From Lama guanicoe (Eukaryota): a stretch of 64,000 nucleotides of DNA. The stretch spans positions 9,462,134 to 9,526,133 of the forward strand of contig MU056262.1 of the NCBI GenBank assembly GCA_013239625.1. The letters run 5' to 3'. The notes beneath the pieces are model-generated. The model made no database searches. It saw only the letters and a program-made list of their open reading frames with translations, and had not been told where the DNA came from. Of the stretch, positions 46,251-59,440 are shown piece after piece. The first letter of the stretch is position 1, and every line of letters starts with the position of its first letter. The translations under genes and the position numbers were made by a program.

Positions 46251-48989
46251 AAGACTTATTCATGGCCCCATCTTGGCTTACAGGGCTCCCTACTGTTCAA
46301 AAGGCACCCACGGGCCAGAGAGAAACACCCCAGGGATCTGGGAAGGCTTGTATGTACCACCACCCTCCTTTGCTGCCGCCCTCCTCTGCCCCTGAGGGAT
46401 TTGAGATGGATGCTGCCACTCTTTGTCCTTAGTACCTGAGTGTGGGTTTGTCCAAGGGCTGTTGTCTTGGACAGAGAGCCGGTGAGGCTTGGAAGGTATG
46501 AACCAGCAGGAGCCAGGTAGTGCTGTTGCTGGGGGACCCACAGAGCTTTGGAGGGACACCCTGGCCAAGCCCATTGTCTGTCACCAGCCCTTTAGCCTTG
46601 CCCCCATCTGTTCTCCACACAGAAGCAAAAATGGTCTTTCTGCATGTCTTTCTGAGCACCTTCCAAGCTTAAAACACTTTCATTGCCCCCAGAATCAAAT
46701 CCATGCCCTGGATCCACCATCCTCTCCCGTCTCAGTCTTTGCCAGTCTTACCCTCCTCTACTTGTGCCCTCCTGTGTCCTCCCATGGTCCTGGTCTCTCT
46801 CAGGGCAGGCCTTTCCTCATGCTGTCCTCTCACACTGTCCCCTCTTGCTGGAATCCCCTGCCCTGCCTGGCTGGCTGCCCCTTACCTTTAGGTCTTAGCT
46901 GAAAGTCTCTTCCTCAGGGAAGCCTTCCTGATCTCCCCTGGTGTTCAGTATTAGGGCCTCCTGCAGGGAGGTGAGCTCTGGAGGGGCTGGGACCTGCAGA
47001 ACATGTCAGACAGTCCTGGCCACCTGCGTACAGACAAGGCCATGGGGACTGACCCCAGGGCGGGGGAAGCCACATACCCCAAATGTGACTCTCTAAAGGG
47101 AGACAATGAATCTGGTTCCAGAATGCTGGCCTCATAGTGGAAAGGGGGCTGTCCAAGAGGCGGGCAGGTGCCTGGAACGTGCCAGGCCTGTGGCCCCAGG
47201 GACCTAGTGCTAAAGCCACAGCTGTGGACACCAGTTCTCAAGGAGGGCAGGTGGAGGGGAAAAGGGGTCAAGGATAGAACCTTGAGGCTCATCCCATTTT
47301 TGGCTTGGTGAGGAAAGAGGAGCCAAAAAGAGCACTTGGGGAAAGGCGAAAGAATGCAGAAAAGGTGGCTAAAATATAGCACTGTTTTTATTTAGTTCTC
47401 AGATAATCTGACTTTTTTTCTGTTTCACTTAGAATAGCTGGAACAGGAGGGCCCTACGTGGCAGTCCCTGGGATGAGAAACCCGTGTGTCAAAGCTGCTG
47501 CTGAATCCCTCTCTATTTTTACCTTCCTGACACTACTTCTTTGAGCCCCGAGGAGGCATCTTGGCCTGAGGTGGCCGGAGCCGGCGTCTCTGAGGCAGAG
47601 ATGGCTAGCCCTCACCTCATTCTCCAGAAACCATCAAAGAGCTGGTTATTCACTTCTCTGGACCAGAAATAAATGCATTAGACAAATGTTCTCAGGCAAT
47701 CTCGAGGGATGCGAACACAAAATCATCCCCTAAATTACTTTTGTTTCCTTTCTTCGGTTCAAAGTTGGGTTATTTGTTCGCATTAGTTACGTTAAAATTG
47801 GACAGTAATTAACGTTCTTAAAATAGAAGGTCTGTATCCCCAAGTTTAGAAGGAAAAACCACCCAGGGAAGAAAAAAAATGTGGACATGTGTGAAATGCC
47901 ATTCCATTAGCCACAGCCTTTTACGAGCCTCTGCGAGAAGCGCCTGTCAGGTGGGGACTGTGGCTGCCCGTGTCTGCGGCTGCTTCTTGTTCTGTCCCTG
48001 GCTCCAGGTCAAGGCAGCCTTTGACATCCGTGGTCAGGAGCTCTGGGGGTTTGCCAACCTCTAATTACATTTCTTTTTTTAAATATTGATAAACAGTCCC
48101 TCTGTTGATTCAGACCTTTTCTAAACACTGAGCCTGTAGCTGTTGGCTCCAAACAAAGAGAGCAGCTCCCCCAGGCCTCATCAGGCTGTGGAGCTTCTAC
48201 CCAGGCCTCCTCTGGGCTCTCAGATTCTCAAACATTGAAGGAAGAAAACTGTCCCTCTGGGTGGGCATTGGGGGAGGTCACTTCAGGATTCAGAATCAGG
48301 CCTGGCTGGGCTGTGAGGGGAGGCCCCGCTTTCCCTAGGTGGGGACTTCTGGTCTCTCCTACTACCCGGGTTCCTACTCTGGGTTCACGGTGGAGGTGCG
48401 GGGGGTGAGGCAGGAGGGGCCACCATCCAGCTCCACTGCCCTGTGGCCTCATGCCCCACCGCCCATGTCACCACCTTGCTGCATTTATGAATATCAGTTC
48501 CTGGTCCCACGGGCTTTGGCTGTAAACAGGACAACACTGGTGTCCTCCCCTTCCCTTTTCCCCAACACGGCTGCTAACTGGGTTGGATGGGAGTGGGAGT
48601 GGAGGGGACTCCTTCTGGTCCCAGGGGGTCCAGAAGAGCTAAGTGCCACCCATCCCATCTTGAGGACAACCACACAGAAGGACCCTCTGGACCCAGGATC
48701 CCCCAGACATAACTAATGGCAACATGAGGGGGGGGTTCCCCTTCCTCCTGGATGACTCAGAGCCCAGTCAGCTGCGTCTTGCCCAGACTGCCAGGTTCCC
48801 TGTCCTCACTAATTAGAAGACTTGGCCAGTGGCCAGATATCGACATCGCTTCTGTAGTGACCATGTCCAGAGAGGAGCGCCTGGTGTGTCAATGATGTCC
48901 GTGATGCCCCAAAGCCCTTGGCTCCATGGGACTGAGACCAAGTTCCTGACATCATCATACCTCTGCATTCTACACCACAACAGGGCAGC

Positions 48990-49120
48990 TGCTATTGTTG
49001 TTACCATTTTACAGATGGGGAAACTGAGTCCCCGAGAGGTAAATTGTACTGCCCAAGATCACAGTGGAGGAGTTGGGATTTGAACCCAGGTCCATCTGGC
49101 TCTGAAACCAGAGCGCTTCT
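48990..49120 (-). mobile_element. MIR
   Basis: ccattttacagatggggaaactgag...gcccaagatcacag...gggatttgaacccaggtc. Confidence 0.8.
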
Positions 49121-50909
49121 CAATCTACTTTGTCACAGAGCCTCCTGGTCCCCCTTCCTGCCTTTGGCAAGTGGCCTCTAGAAGGGGCCACCCTCAAATA
49201 TATGCAACAGAGGTGATGTGGTCTGGGTAGGGTCAAGGTGCGGATGCCAGCAGCCATGGTGCTTCTTGTCAAGTCTTGCCCAGCATTGCCTGGGTGACCC
49301 CTTAGTTGGAGGACCTGTTGATGTGACCCATTTGGGCTGCAGTTTAAGGGGCAATTATAGATAAGCTCAGTGACCATCAGGCCCTTCTGCTACATCCCAG
49401 GAAATGGACCTAACCCTGTGAGAGGGTGAATCAGATGTAATCAGCTCCTAATTCAATATGGTAGCTCTATCAACATTTATCGAGATGTAGAGGCTGGTCC
49501 AGTGAGTTAGACAGCAGTGGTGGTCAGATTAGACTCAGACAAGAAGAACCAACCAGTACTTTCTGACAGCTTTTTAAAAAGTTAAGTGGAAGAATGAACT
49601 TTTTCAGTACTATACATTACAGGTACACACACTCATGTCCCAGACACAGATGAGAACAACCTTCAGACTGGCCATGTGCACACCTGCAGCCTCGTCCTGC
49701 TACGGGCACATCTTTCAAGTCCAGCCTAGACACCTGGAACACTGCCCTGTTCAAAACCGAAGCTGGGAGGTCAGCCAGTGGGTGAGGCTGGCCCTGCCTT
49801 CCCTGTCTCTGCCTGAGGATCATAAAGCTCTCGGCCGCTGAGCTTATGTACATGACAAACTTCTCACCAGCTCTGAGCGGGAGAGAATTCTCTTCTAACT
49901 GGTAGTTTGGAGTCACTTAGGACAAATAATAATCAGATTATTGGAGATTGTGATAGGATCTGTTACTTTCAGATTAGATTGAAATTTCTATCCTGCCTCT
50001 TTCCCGACCACCAGTCCAGCTGACCAGCAGTGATCCCGGACACTTCTCTGCAGACTCATGGAGGTGGTGACTGCTCAGAGCCAATGACGTTCCACAGACT
50101 CCTCCTACCCCAGGCTCCTTGGGCCTGCCTTCCAGACCTCTCCACCAGCTTGACACCCCTTCACCTGTACCAGGGCTGGCCAGTGACCATCCTCTGACCC
50201 ATCAAGTCCCCCCTTCGGACTGTTTTTTCCCCTTCTCCTCTCACAGTTGGTAAGATCTGACTCCTATAGTAAATTCCTGATGCCATCACACTTCCAGTGG
50301 TTCTGCCTTCCCAGCTGAACCCTGAGTGACACGGCTCTCCACTTCTCCAGGCCTCAGTTTCCTTCGCCTATAATGGTGTGAGATACCAGCCTCAGGAAGG
50401 AGGCTGCATCCAGGTGCGAAGGACTGTGAGCCTGGGATTGATCCTGGCAGGTACATCTGTCATCATCTGAGGACAGGCGTTAGGCCAGAATCATGACTCA
50501 GTCGAGCTTTTCATCTTGGCACCAGCCATAGGAGCCCCACAGATGGGGCCCATGTGAAGTCAGCTGGTGGTGGAAGGTGTGGGGCATCCTTCCAATGGTC
50601 TGATTGGTTATACAGCATGGCAGGGGCCATGACTGTGTTTAAGGCAATGGCTGGTCAGAGCCTTTCCTGATCAAGTCAGTGTCTCAGTCTGGAACGCAAC
50701 CCCTAACTGGAATGTCCCTCCCCTGGGAAGCCAGCGTGTGGAGGCTTCCGGGAAGATGCTGAGAAGGGCAAGAGTGGCTCTTTGGGACTGAGATCACTCT
50801 GCTGACTTGCCAGCGAGGAGACTTGGCTCCTGTGATGATGATGAGCTCGTCCTGCCTCTTTACAGTGGGACTGGGGATTTGTAGACGCTGCATCAGGGTG
50901 AGGCACACA

Positions 50910-51260
50910 CAGTGCCTTGCTGCCTTGGTCCAGGATCTTTGTTCCTCCTGAACATTCAGAGACCCTTGTGGCCCACTTGTTCACTTTATTCAGGTCCCTG
51001 CTCAAATGTCACCCCCTTGGCATAGGTTGTACCACCCTGTATAAAATAATGCCCCTTTCCACCACACTCTATCCCCTTACCCTGCTCCATTTTTCTTTCC
51101 CAAAGATCACCACTTCACACAGTATGTATTTCTGTACTCTTGCCCCCTCCACTGGAAGGTAAAGCCCATGAAAGCAGGGGCTATATCTGTCTTGTTCACT
51201 GCTGACCACCCAGAACAGTACTCTGCTCAGAGCAGACACTAGTGCAAATTTGCTCCAGGT
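50910..51260 (+). mobile_element. L2 3' region relic
   Basis: ttcaggtccctgctcaaatgtcacc...ccatgaaagcaggggctatatctgtcttgttcactgctg. Confidence 0.7.
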
Positions 51261-54200
51261 GAGAACTGACCTCTGTGTAAAGTGTCCTGACCTCACCTCT
51301 ACCTCTGTCTTTATTCATGCTTGAAAATGCCGAAGCCAGCGCCCCTAGCCTAGAGGAAGGCTGCTTCTCTATGTCAGGAAGGCTGGCTTGATGAATTAAG
51401 TATCAAACACAAGTTCCCAGCATCCAAGGGTTTTAAATCTTTTCTTCTAATCATTATTCTGGACCGTGGGCTCTGTAACCATTTTGGAAGTGGATTTGGG
51501 GTGATTAAATTCTTTCCAAGCCTAATCCTTTATGGAAAACCGAAGTTCTAAATGAAATGAACCAGAATGAATGTGCTGATGTTTGATCGCCTGCACTGGT
51601 TTACCCCAGCTCATTTCAGCACTGGGGCTGGGCAGCGCCCTGAAAAATTCTCCACGGCATCTTCCTATAATGGAGGAGTGAAGGCCCCCTTTTTTACAGA
51701 ATGCCTGTGACTTAAGAGGCCGAGGCCCTTGAGGAGACTGTTGGAAAGCCCGTGTGCCTTCTGCAGGGAGCACCCGTCCTCCCCCGTGAGGCTGCGGTGT
51801 GGCTGGGCCGATGGGCAGCATCATACCCCCGGCCTGCTTTTTCCACTTTCTTCTGCAGTCCCCACGACCACAGCTTAGCAAACACATGGTGGGGGTGTGT
51901 GTGCAGGGTGGGCCACAAGGAAGGTCTGGCAAGGAACCTTTAGTAGCAGGACTGCAGGGATGAGTCAGGGTCCTTCAGGGATGGGAAGGGGAGGCCCCTA
52001 TGTCCCTGTCCCACCTACCATTGAGGCTTCAGCCCCTAGAGGCTGTTTGCAGCCCAGCCCAGCCCAGTACAGAATCTGGGGGTATCATGATAGCCTAAAA
52101 AGCTGTTTCCAAGAATATAACATAAAAAAGAAAGCTTTCTACCCTCATTGGAAATGGAAAGGTACTGGTTCTTGGTGGGGACACTCCAGTGACTTGGAAC
52201 ACTCTGTAGGAGACTTTGTTCTTGGCGACACCAGAAGTGGGGCAGCCTCTGTAACCCCAGTCACATGTGTCCAGACTTGCCAGGCTCTGTGGGCCAAGGA
52301 GGGGTAGAACCTGGATCTTACCCAGATGCTTAGTAACTCTTGGAAAATGGGGTTTTCCTCTTCTGCTGATTTGATTGTCAATTTGGGGAATTTATCACTT
52401 GTGAAATCTGAGGCTTCTGGTGGAGACCTTTTTCTGAGGCATTATGAGAGGCACCAGCAGGGCTTCTTCCCCTAACGCAGGTGTTCTGATGAGAGTTTGG
52501 GGTCACAGCGATGGGACTCATGGTTGCCCTGTATCTTCTGTCCTACTAACCTGGACTGCATCACATGGTCCCCAAGACTCTGCCTGCTGCCTGCCCGCTT
52601 TCATGGAAGGAGATGCATAGAATCTTCTGCCTGGGAGGCCTTATGTTCCTCTCCATCATGAAGAACCTAGCTACACTCAGATGAAAACGGTGACGTGGGG
52701 TAAAACATGTAGCCTGGAAGCCCTCTCCCTCTTTCAGAAATGTAGGTAAACACAGCCCGGGCCCTGGAGAGATGCCAGCTCAGCCACAGGATGGCACGCC
52801 CCAGGCGCTGCCCTTATGATAAAGCTCTTGGTTCCTGCCCCCTCCTTGCTGGGTACAGTTTGGAGACTATTGCGTGCATGTGCCCCCTGCTCCAAGAGTG
52901 AAAATCCAGAGTCATCCCTCTGCCCTCAACCTGAATGCACAACAGCTAACACAGGTGGGGCCCATTCTTTATGCTGGACACAGTGCCAAGTAGTTTACCT
53001 CCCTCCATACCCAACTCTGTACCCGTCGAAAAGCCATCAGCAGTCACAGCTTTTGCCCTTGGTCAGCAGCAGGGCTGGGATTTCAAGTCCTGTGGGTCTA
53101 ATGCTGGAGCCTGTGCTCTTAGCCAGCCCACCATTCTTCCCATGGGGCCTGTCTGATGATTCATTTCTTACTCTGTACCCAGAGACGGTGAGGTTTAAAC
53201 CAGAATAAAAGGAGGCTATTATGATTTCACTATTTGCTGTTTATCTAAATTAGATAATAAATCATGGGCTACTTGAAACAATATACATGTCAACCTCCTG
53301 GATATTTAGTTATCACTTAGTGCCATTTGATGGTGCCTGTCGTATAATCAACACTTCTGTCGAGAAAATATGATATTTCAGTGAAATGGAAAAGTGAATG
53401 AGAAAATAAATTTAACATGGCCCTTCTCTTCCTTGGAGGCAGGGCCACAGACTCACGGCAGTGGCGGCCGGCGGGGATGGCTTAGGCTGGTGAGGGGATG
53501 CGCAGGCATTCCCCACCCTCTCCAGGCTGGGATTCTGTCCTGGGAAGAGGGAAGCCTGTCCCCGAAGCAGCAGCTGGCCCAGCTGAGTGACAACACTGAG
53601 CCCCAAATAACTCTGTGCCCATTCATCAGCCTCAGCATAATCGGGCATCTGCCACTGGCATCTCCAGATGTTTGCCTTTATCAGACGTCGATGCGGTTCA
53701 GTGTTTTCATTAAAGTCCTCGTAAAAAGCTCTAGCTGGTTGGGGATGCTCTTTGTTCATTTTATTTGAGTTCCTTATCATGTTCAAAATGTTCCAGGCAC
53801 CATTAGGAGACACAAAAGCCTTAGAAAACACAGTTTCAGGGGGCGGAAGCTCACCGTAGCGTGGAGGAGACACGGCCACCGACATTTACAAACATTTGCG
53901 GAACACAATCAGCTGTTAGGAATGAAAGTCACTCACAGCAGCACATCAGGCATGAGGAGTGGGGAGGTGGAAACTGAGGATTTAATGTCCGCCTGAGGGA
54001 ATCTTCTAAAATCAGATGGGTGTTCCAGGCTGTTTGTTCATTAATGTGGTCTTCAGATTACTTCCCAGTGCGACTGGGCTATAGGGGCCAGACAGGAGGC
54101 AGAAGCTTGATCAGGAAAAGATTAAAGGGGATGCACATCGTGGTTCAAGGTAAACATTTGAGGTGCAGGTTTAGGCACATTATAATTATTGCTTAATCAT

Positions 54201-57200
54201 AAATGTAGCCTGGTGGAATGCATTGATTCACACACAAGTTACTAAAGGCATTTAGGGAAAATAAAATGTAGGCAATGAGAATTGTCCCCATCAATTTGCA
54301 AAAGTAATGTCTGAGACAGCATCCTGGAAGTGCAGAGAATCCTGCTTATGGGCACAAATTAAATTCATCTTCTTTGGAAAAGGATAATTTAGATGATCAA
54401 TAACCTCTTTTGAAAGAATATTTTGAGAGTGTACCTTTTAAAAAGTTGACTTCATTTATTCTCCTTTTATCAAAAAAGGACTTTGGAGGCTTATAGCAAA
54501 AGATATGACAACGAGGTTATTAAAATAGAAATGGAAAACTAGAACCCAATCAGAAAAGATAATACATGATTTCTGACTACAATGGCTAACCTTATGTCTG
54601 TGATCAAGCTCTAAATTTAGCCCTGAGCTTCCTGGAATCCAAGGTGAAAAGGGAAACACAATCAATTACACAGTTCCAGCTGCTAAAATGGACAAAACAT
54701 GTCAATTCACAAGTATTTAATTATTTGTGAATTTATAAAAGCAAAAGAGGCAGAGAAAACTTCTGGGGAAATGGGGGAGAGATTTTTAAATAGTTAAAGG
54801 GAAAAGATAGATTTTGAAATTTTTTATGAGAAGCAAAGCTTGGGAAACAATGACCGACACATTCACTGAGATCTGGGTGGGTGAGTCTGGGGTGGCTCCA
54901 ATTCGATCAGTTTATTGCTAAGTGAATCACTTATATGGTGAGCAAACTAAGGCCATGGACCAGGACCCAGGCATTTGGCATGTCTGGCCTGTCCTCAGGA
55001 AGTGGCTGTGTCTTAGTTCTCTGTACTGGTGCCTGGTACATTTTGCACAGAAAGAACTCAACCATGGCGCTGTCTTGCCTGGGTTGAGAATGCCAGGAGG
55101 ACAAAGACACGTTCCCAGCACCCCAGAGTGTCTGCCTGCTACTAGTAGCCACTCAGTTAGTGTTGGATGCTAATAGCGCACAAACCAAAAATGGGAAAAT
55201 TACCATAAAATGACAAACACTATTTGCAACTTAGTGGGAGCATTTTCACAACTCTCAGGGGTAAGGGTCAAATCTGTCAGTTTTTGCTATGGAAGACTCC
55301 TGGATGGACCTGCCCATGGGCGGATGGGCAGTTATGACACGCTGGATGAGTGGGTACACGATGTTGTGATGCTGGACTTCTTTTGAGAAGGCTCTGTCAT
55401 GGCCTTTTCAATGGCACACTCACCGTGGGGCTCTGTGGGCTGTGCCAGGTCTCATAAGGGCCCTGCCAGTGGGGAGGTGATGGGGTAGGGGGAAGTGGGG
55501 GAGGGACCCTCAGTGACAATGCTGACTTGTCTCTAGCTGTCCTCCCAGCAGGCTTTAGGGTGGGATTTGAGCAGGCACTGCATTTTACCAGCCAGTCTGC
55601 AGTTGCCTTTTGTCCTCAGTTACTCAGTGCAGATTTCTTTGCTGCTCTAAAGATCCTTTGCGTTTCACCATTTACAAAAAAAAGTCCCTGGAGGGCTCAT
55701 CTCTGCCCCACAGAGGGTGCCTTTCCAGAGAGTTGGAGCCCTGAGCTCAGGCGGGCATGGTCTGCGGAGGTTCCTGAGGTCGGGATGCTGGGGGTCTGTG
55801 CGGGGGCCGTGGCCTGGACACGGAGCCCACAGGACGGGGAATGCCTCTGCAAGCAAGACATTGCCTGTGGCCTAGGCAGGCTGTGTGGGTGCCTCATGTC
55901 CCCCCAAGCTGGGTCTGTGTTGGGGGCAGTTGTGTCTGGTGAGGCGTTCGGAAGGAGCAGACGCACCAGTCTGGGCACAACAGTGGGTCTAACGCCCAGC
56001 AGGGAGGCTCTGCGTCAGACACGTTTCCTCTCTGGGCCTCAGTTTCTCACAACTCCGGACTGAGGCTTGGAGTAGTCCCTCAGGATCACCAGCTCAAGGT
56101 GTCCCAAGTGTAAGAGGCAACACAAAGACCCATCACTGTGCCTGGCTCGGAGCATTCCTGTGATCACTGTGCCCATTATTATCCTGCCCTGGAGGCTGAA
56201 GGACCCACCAGCTCTCTCCTCCACCCCAGGCCCTCATTTCCAAAGGTTTTACACCCACAGGAGAGGACACTGAGGTCATCACCCACTCAGGCAAGCCTCA
56301 TGGCCTTCCTGACCCTGTGTGAAAAGTGGGGCATCTCTGCCTGTCCTGCCTGCCCCAGAGCTGGGAATCAAGTGCTGTGAAGGCCCTGGAGAGGCAGCCC
56401 CTGCCCCCCAATGCACCTCATGAGGGCTGAAGACTTAGTCCCTAGAAGATTTGCAGAACTGAGCCGGCCCGCACAAATGCCCATCAGATGCCTGGGTTAG
56501 TATTACAGACTGTGGTCGCTCTGCGAGTGTTGGGGAACTCAGGGCTCAGGGGGCAGATGCCCCTGGGGGAGGGAGGACGGGAGGAATGAGGAGCAGGACT
56601 TGCTGTCGACAGACTTCGGATGACTCCCTGCCAACCTGACATTGTTGGTGTCATCAACCTGGATGCCACTCTGAGGTTCAGGCACAAGTGACACATGAAT
56701 TCCCCTCCCCAGTGGGCCTCACCACTGCCACCCCCTGCCTCAGGGGTGGACAGTCTTATTTATTTTAATAGGTTAAATCTGGCACCGCTAAGTGAAGTGG
56801 CTGGGCTATTGGATTTAAATCAGCCTGATTTTGGACACCTAAGACTCATAAAAAGCTGGGAGTGCAGGAGCATTCCTGATTACACATCCTCACACAGATG
56901 CAGGGTTTGACTGTGGATCATCTTATCTGTTTTTCCACCACCATAGGTGGGAATACTGGAGTAGATCCTGTTTGTTGTTGTTGTTGATTTTTTTTTTAAT
57001 TCCAAAGTTTCTCAGACATGGAGAAGAACTTATGAAAGACAGATGAAGGGTCCAACAATTCATTTAGGTAAATAAACAGTGACAGAGCTAACTGCAGCAT
57101 TGACGGGCCCTGATCCTACGATCAATGGAAAGAAATTAGGCAGAGTGAAGACTGCTAACGGCAGGACCAGGGCACTCGAAAAGTCAAGTCAGGAATCGCT

Positions 57201-58139
57201 CAGACTCTGCAGCAGATGCTGGTGGATTCTGCCTAAGTGGGGAATTGGCTGACCATCACTGGCTACCACTGTGGGAGGGTAGGGGTGGCTACCATTCAGC
57301 ATCAAGCTTGAAGAGAGAGACTGGAACGATAAGGAGAAGCCAGCAGGAGACCATGTGGCTGTACTGGTCTAAGGTCAGGATGCCCCCATGGGCACGGGGG
57401 AGGGCAGTGTCCAGGCAGCGCAGGGCTGTATGCGACCACTTGGATGGTCAGACCTGGGGGAGGATCAGCCCAGTACCCCTGCCACCTCCTGCTCCCCGAG
57501 GCCTAGGCCTGTCACCCTGCCGGGACCACTTCAGTTCACTGATCGGAGACTGGCACAAACTCCCTGGGCACTTGATACTCGGGCATTTCTGTGGGGTTGG
57601 AGTAGGGAGCTCCAGTTATGGGGATCCCCCCGCCTGGCCAGACAGGGGCCCAGAATTGGGGTCTGAGGGCAACTCCCTGACACCCTCCACCTTCCTCTGC
57701 CAAAGTGACCAGTACAGGTCAGGATGGAGGCTTGGGCTTGTGGGGCCCAGACCAGCCCTTGTCTTGACTCCCTGATTAGTCACCTCTGCAGTCAGGGGTG
57801 GAGAGGTGGGGAGTGAGGGGTTGGAGGGGAAGGGATGGGGGATGAACTGAGGCTGAGCTGATTGCCCATAAGAATCGAGGCTGGGCAGGTGGAAGTAATG
57901 ATGAATGATGATCAAAGAAGTTAAGGCCCATACACAGCAGTGAAGGAAGGTGTAGTCAACGTGCAGAGCATCCTTATAAAACCAGCTGGGTCACTAAAGC
58001 AAGCCCAGGCTTTATCTCGGCTTTTGACTCTGTAAAATGGAGCTCCTGATACCCTCCCTGCTTTGCCCTGGCAGCACCAGGGGAAGTGGCTGTGATACCC
58101 TGGGGATCCCAGGGCCGTGGGACGGCCACGAAGTAGTGC

Positions 58140-58620
58140 TGAGGGTGGGAGTCGGGGGTTAGGAATGGAAATGACAGACACAAGGATTTCAGGAGTCTGT
58201 GGTCAGGTTTGTAGTAGCTGGGAGGCCAGCATGCCTTGAGCAGAATTGAAGGCATGGGGGATGTGTGTTTGGTGACATGATAAGTTTGACAAGGCGGCCG
58301 ACAGCTGGAAATGTGGGCCTGGACCAGGGAAGCCACAGAGGCACTAGGCTGGTGAGGGTTGGTTGCATCAGGAAGTTTGTAAGCAGCCAAGGGGCCCTTG
58401 CTGAACAGAGAAACAAGACAAAAATAGTGCTGTGGGGAGGGTGGGCATCTAGATCCAGCAAGGAGAGGAGGTGGGAGGACACTAGGAAAGTGCACGGCAT
58501 GGAGGTTGGTGGGGCAGAGGCTGTCCGTCGCTGGGCAAAGCTGTGCCAGGCGAGACCTGGGAAAGGGATAAGGTAGGGGAACATGAAGTGCAGATTGTGA
58601 GGAAGGAGTGGATGGTGAGG
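58140..58620 (-). mobile_element. L2 relic (approximate)
   Basis: Purine-rich antisense L2-like text; underlies the spurious 266-aa ORF. Confidence 0.45.
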
Positions 58621-59304
58621 ACACGGAAGAAAATTTTACAAACTGTCCAGCTCCCCCCACAGCAACTTGGTAAGAACCATGAGTGCCCGGTGCTAAGACA
58701 CACCACCATTCCTGGCTGCCAGACATAAGCCTTGGGAGGAAGCTCACAGCCAGGATGACAGTCTCCAAGCCCACAAGTGATCAAACCTAACACTAAACAT
58801 GCATAAAAGGTCAAGATCAGGAAATTCATCAGATTTCCAGCCACATTTACCTCCCAAAACATAGCTGTGAATCCAGAAGTAAACAGAGCATCTCTGAGCA
58901 GTCCAAGCAGCTGCCACAGCCCCTCCTATTCTAGGGGACTTTGTAAGGAGAGACCCTGGAGTTCTCACTCAGAGCCGACTTGCTTTCATTTAACACACAG
59001 TTCTCATCAACATTGTAACCTGGTTTCAATTTTTAAAGAATCAAAATCAAGAGAAAATGCACAAGGTCAGTGGCTCTGCAAATCTTAAGTGTGTGAGACC
59101 ATCACAGGGAGGGCTTGGCACAGCCAGGTGCTCGGTTCCCTTTGAAGACTGTTGTTCCCACATTTTCTTAAAGGGAACCCCTGAGTTATGAAGACGTTGT
59201 GGAAATAGTAGTCCCTCTCTTTTGTTTAAGAAGGCAGAGCAGTGTATGTTGCATATCAGGAAGTGGTGTTTTTAAGTTTAGTCTCTTAAGGAGGGGATGG
59301 AGTC

Positions 59305-59440
59305 CCATTTATTGAGCACCTACTATGTACTCACTAACTTAACCTCCTAACAATCCTGCAAGTAACTATTATCTTTACCGTTTTGTAGAAAAGACAACAG
59401 ACTTGGAGAGCTATGGTAATTTGTCCCAGTCACACTGTGA
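59305..59440 (-). mobile_element. MIR
   Basis: catttattgagcacctactatgt...ttaacctcctaacaatcctgcaag...atttgtcccagtcacac. Confidence 0.7.

Noticed and set aside
57974-58774. 266-aa minus-strand ORF
   Set aside because: Non-ATG start, no recognisable domain, overlies decayed L2-like sequence
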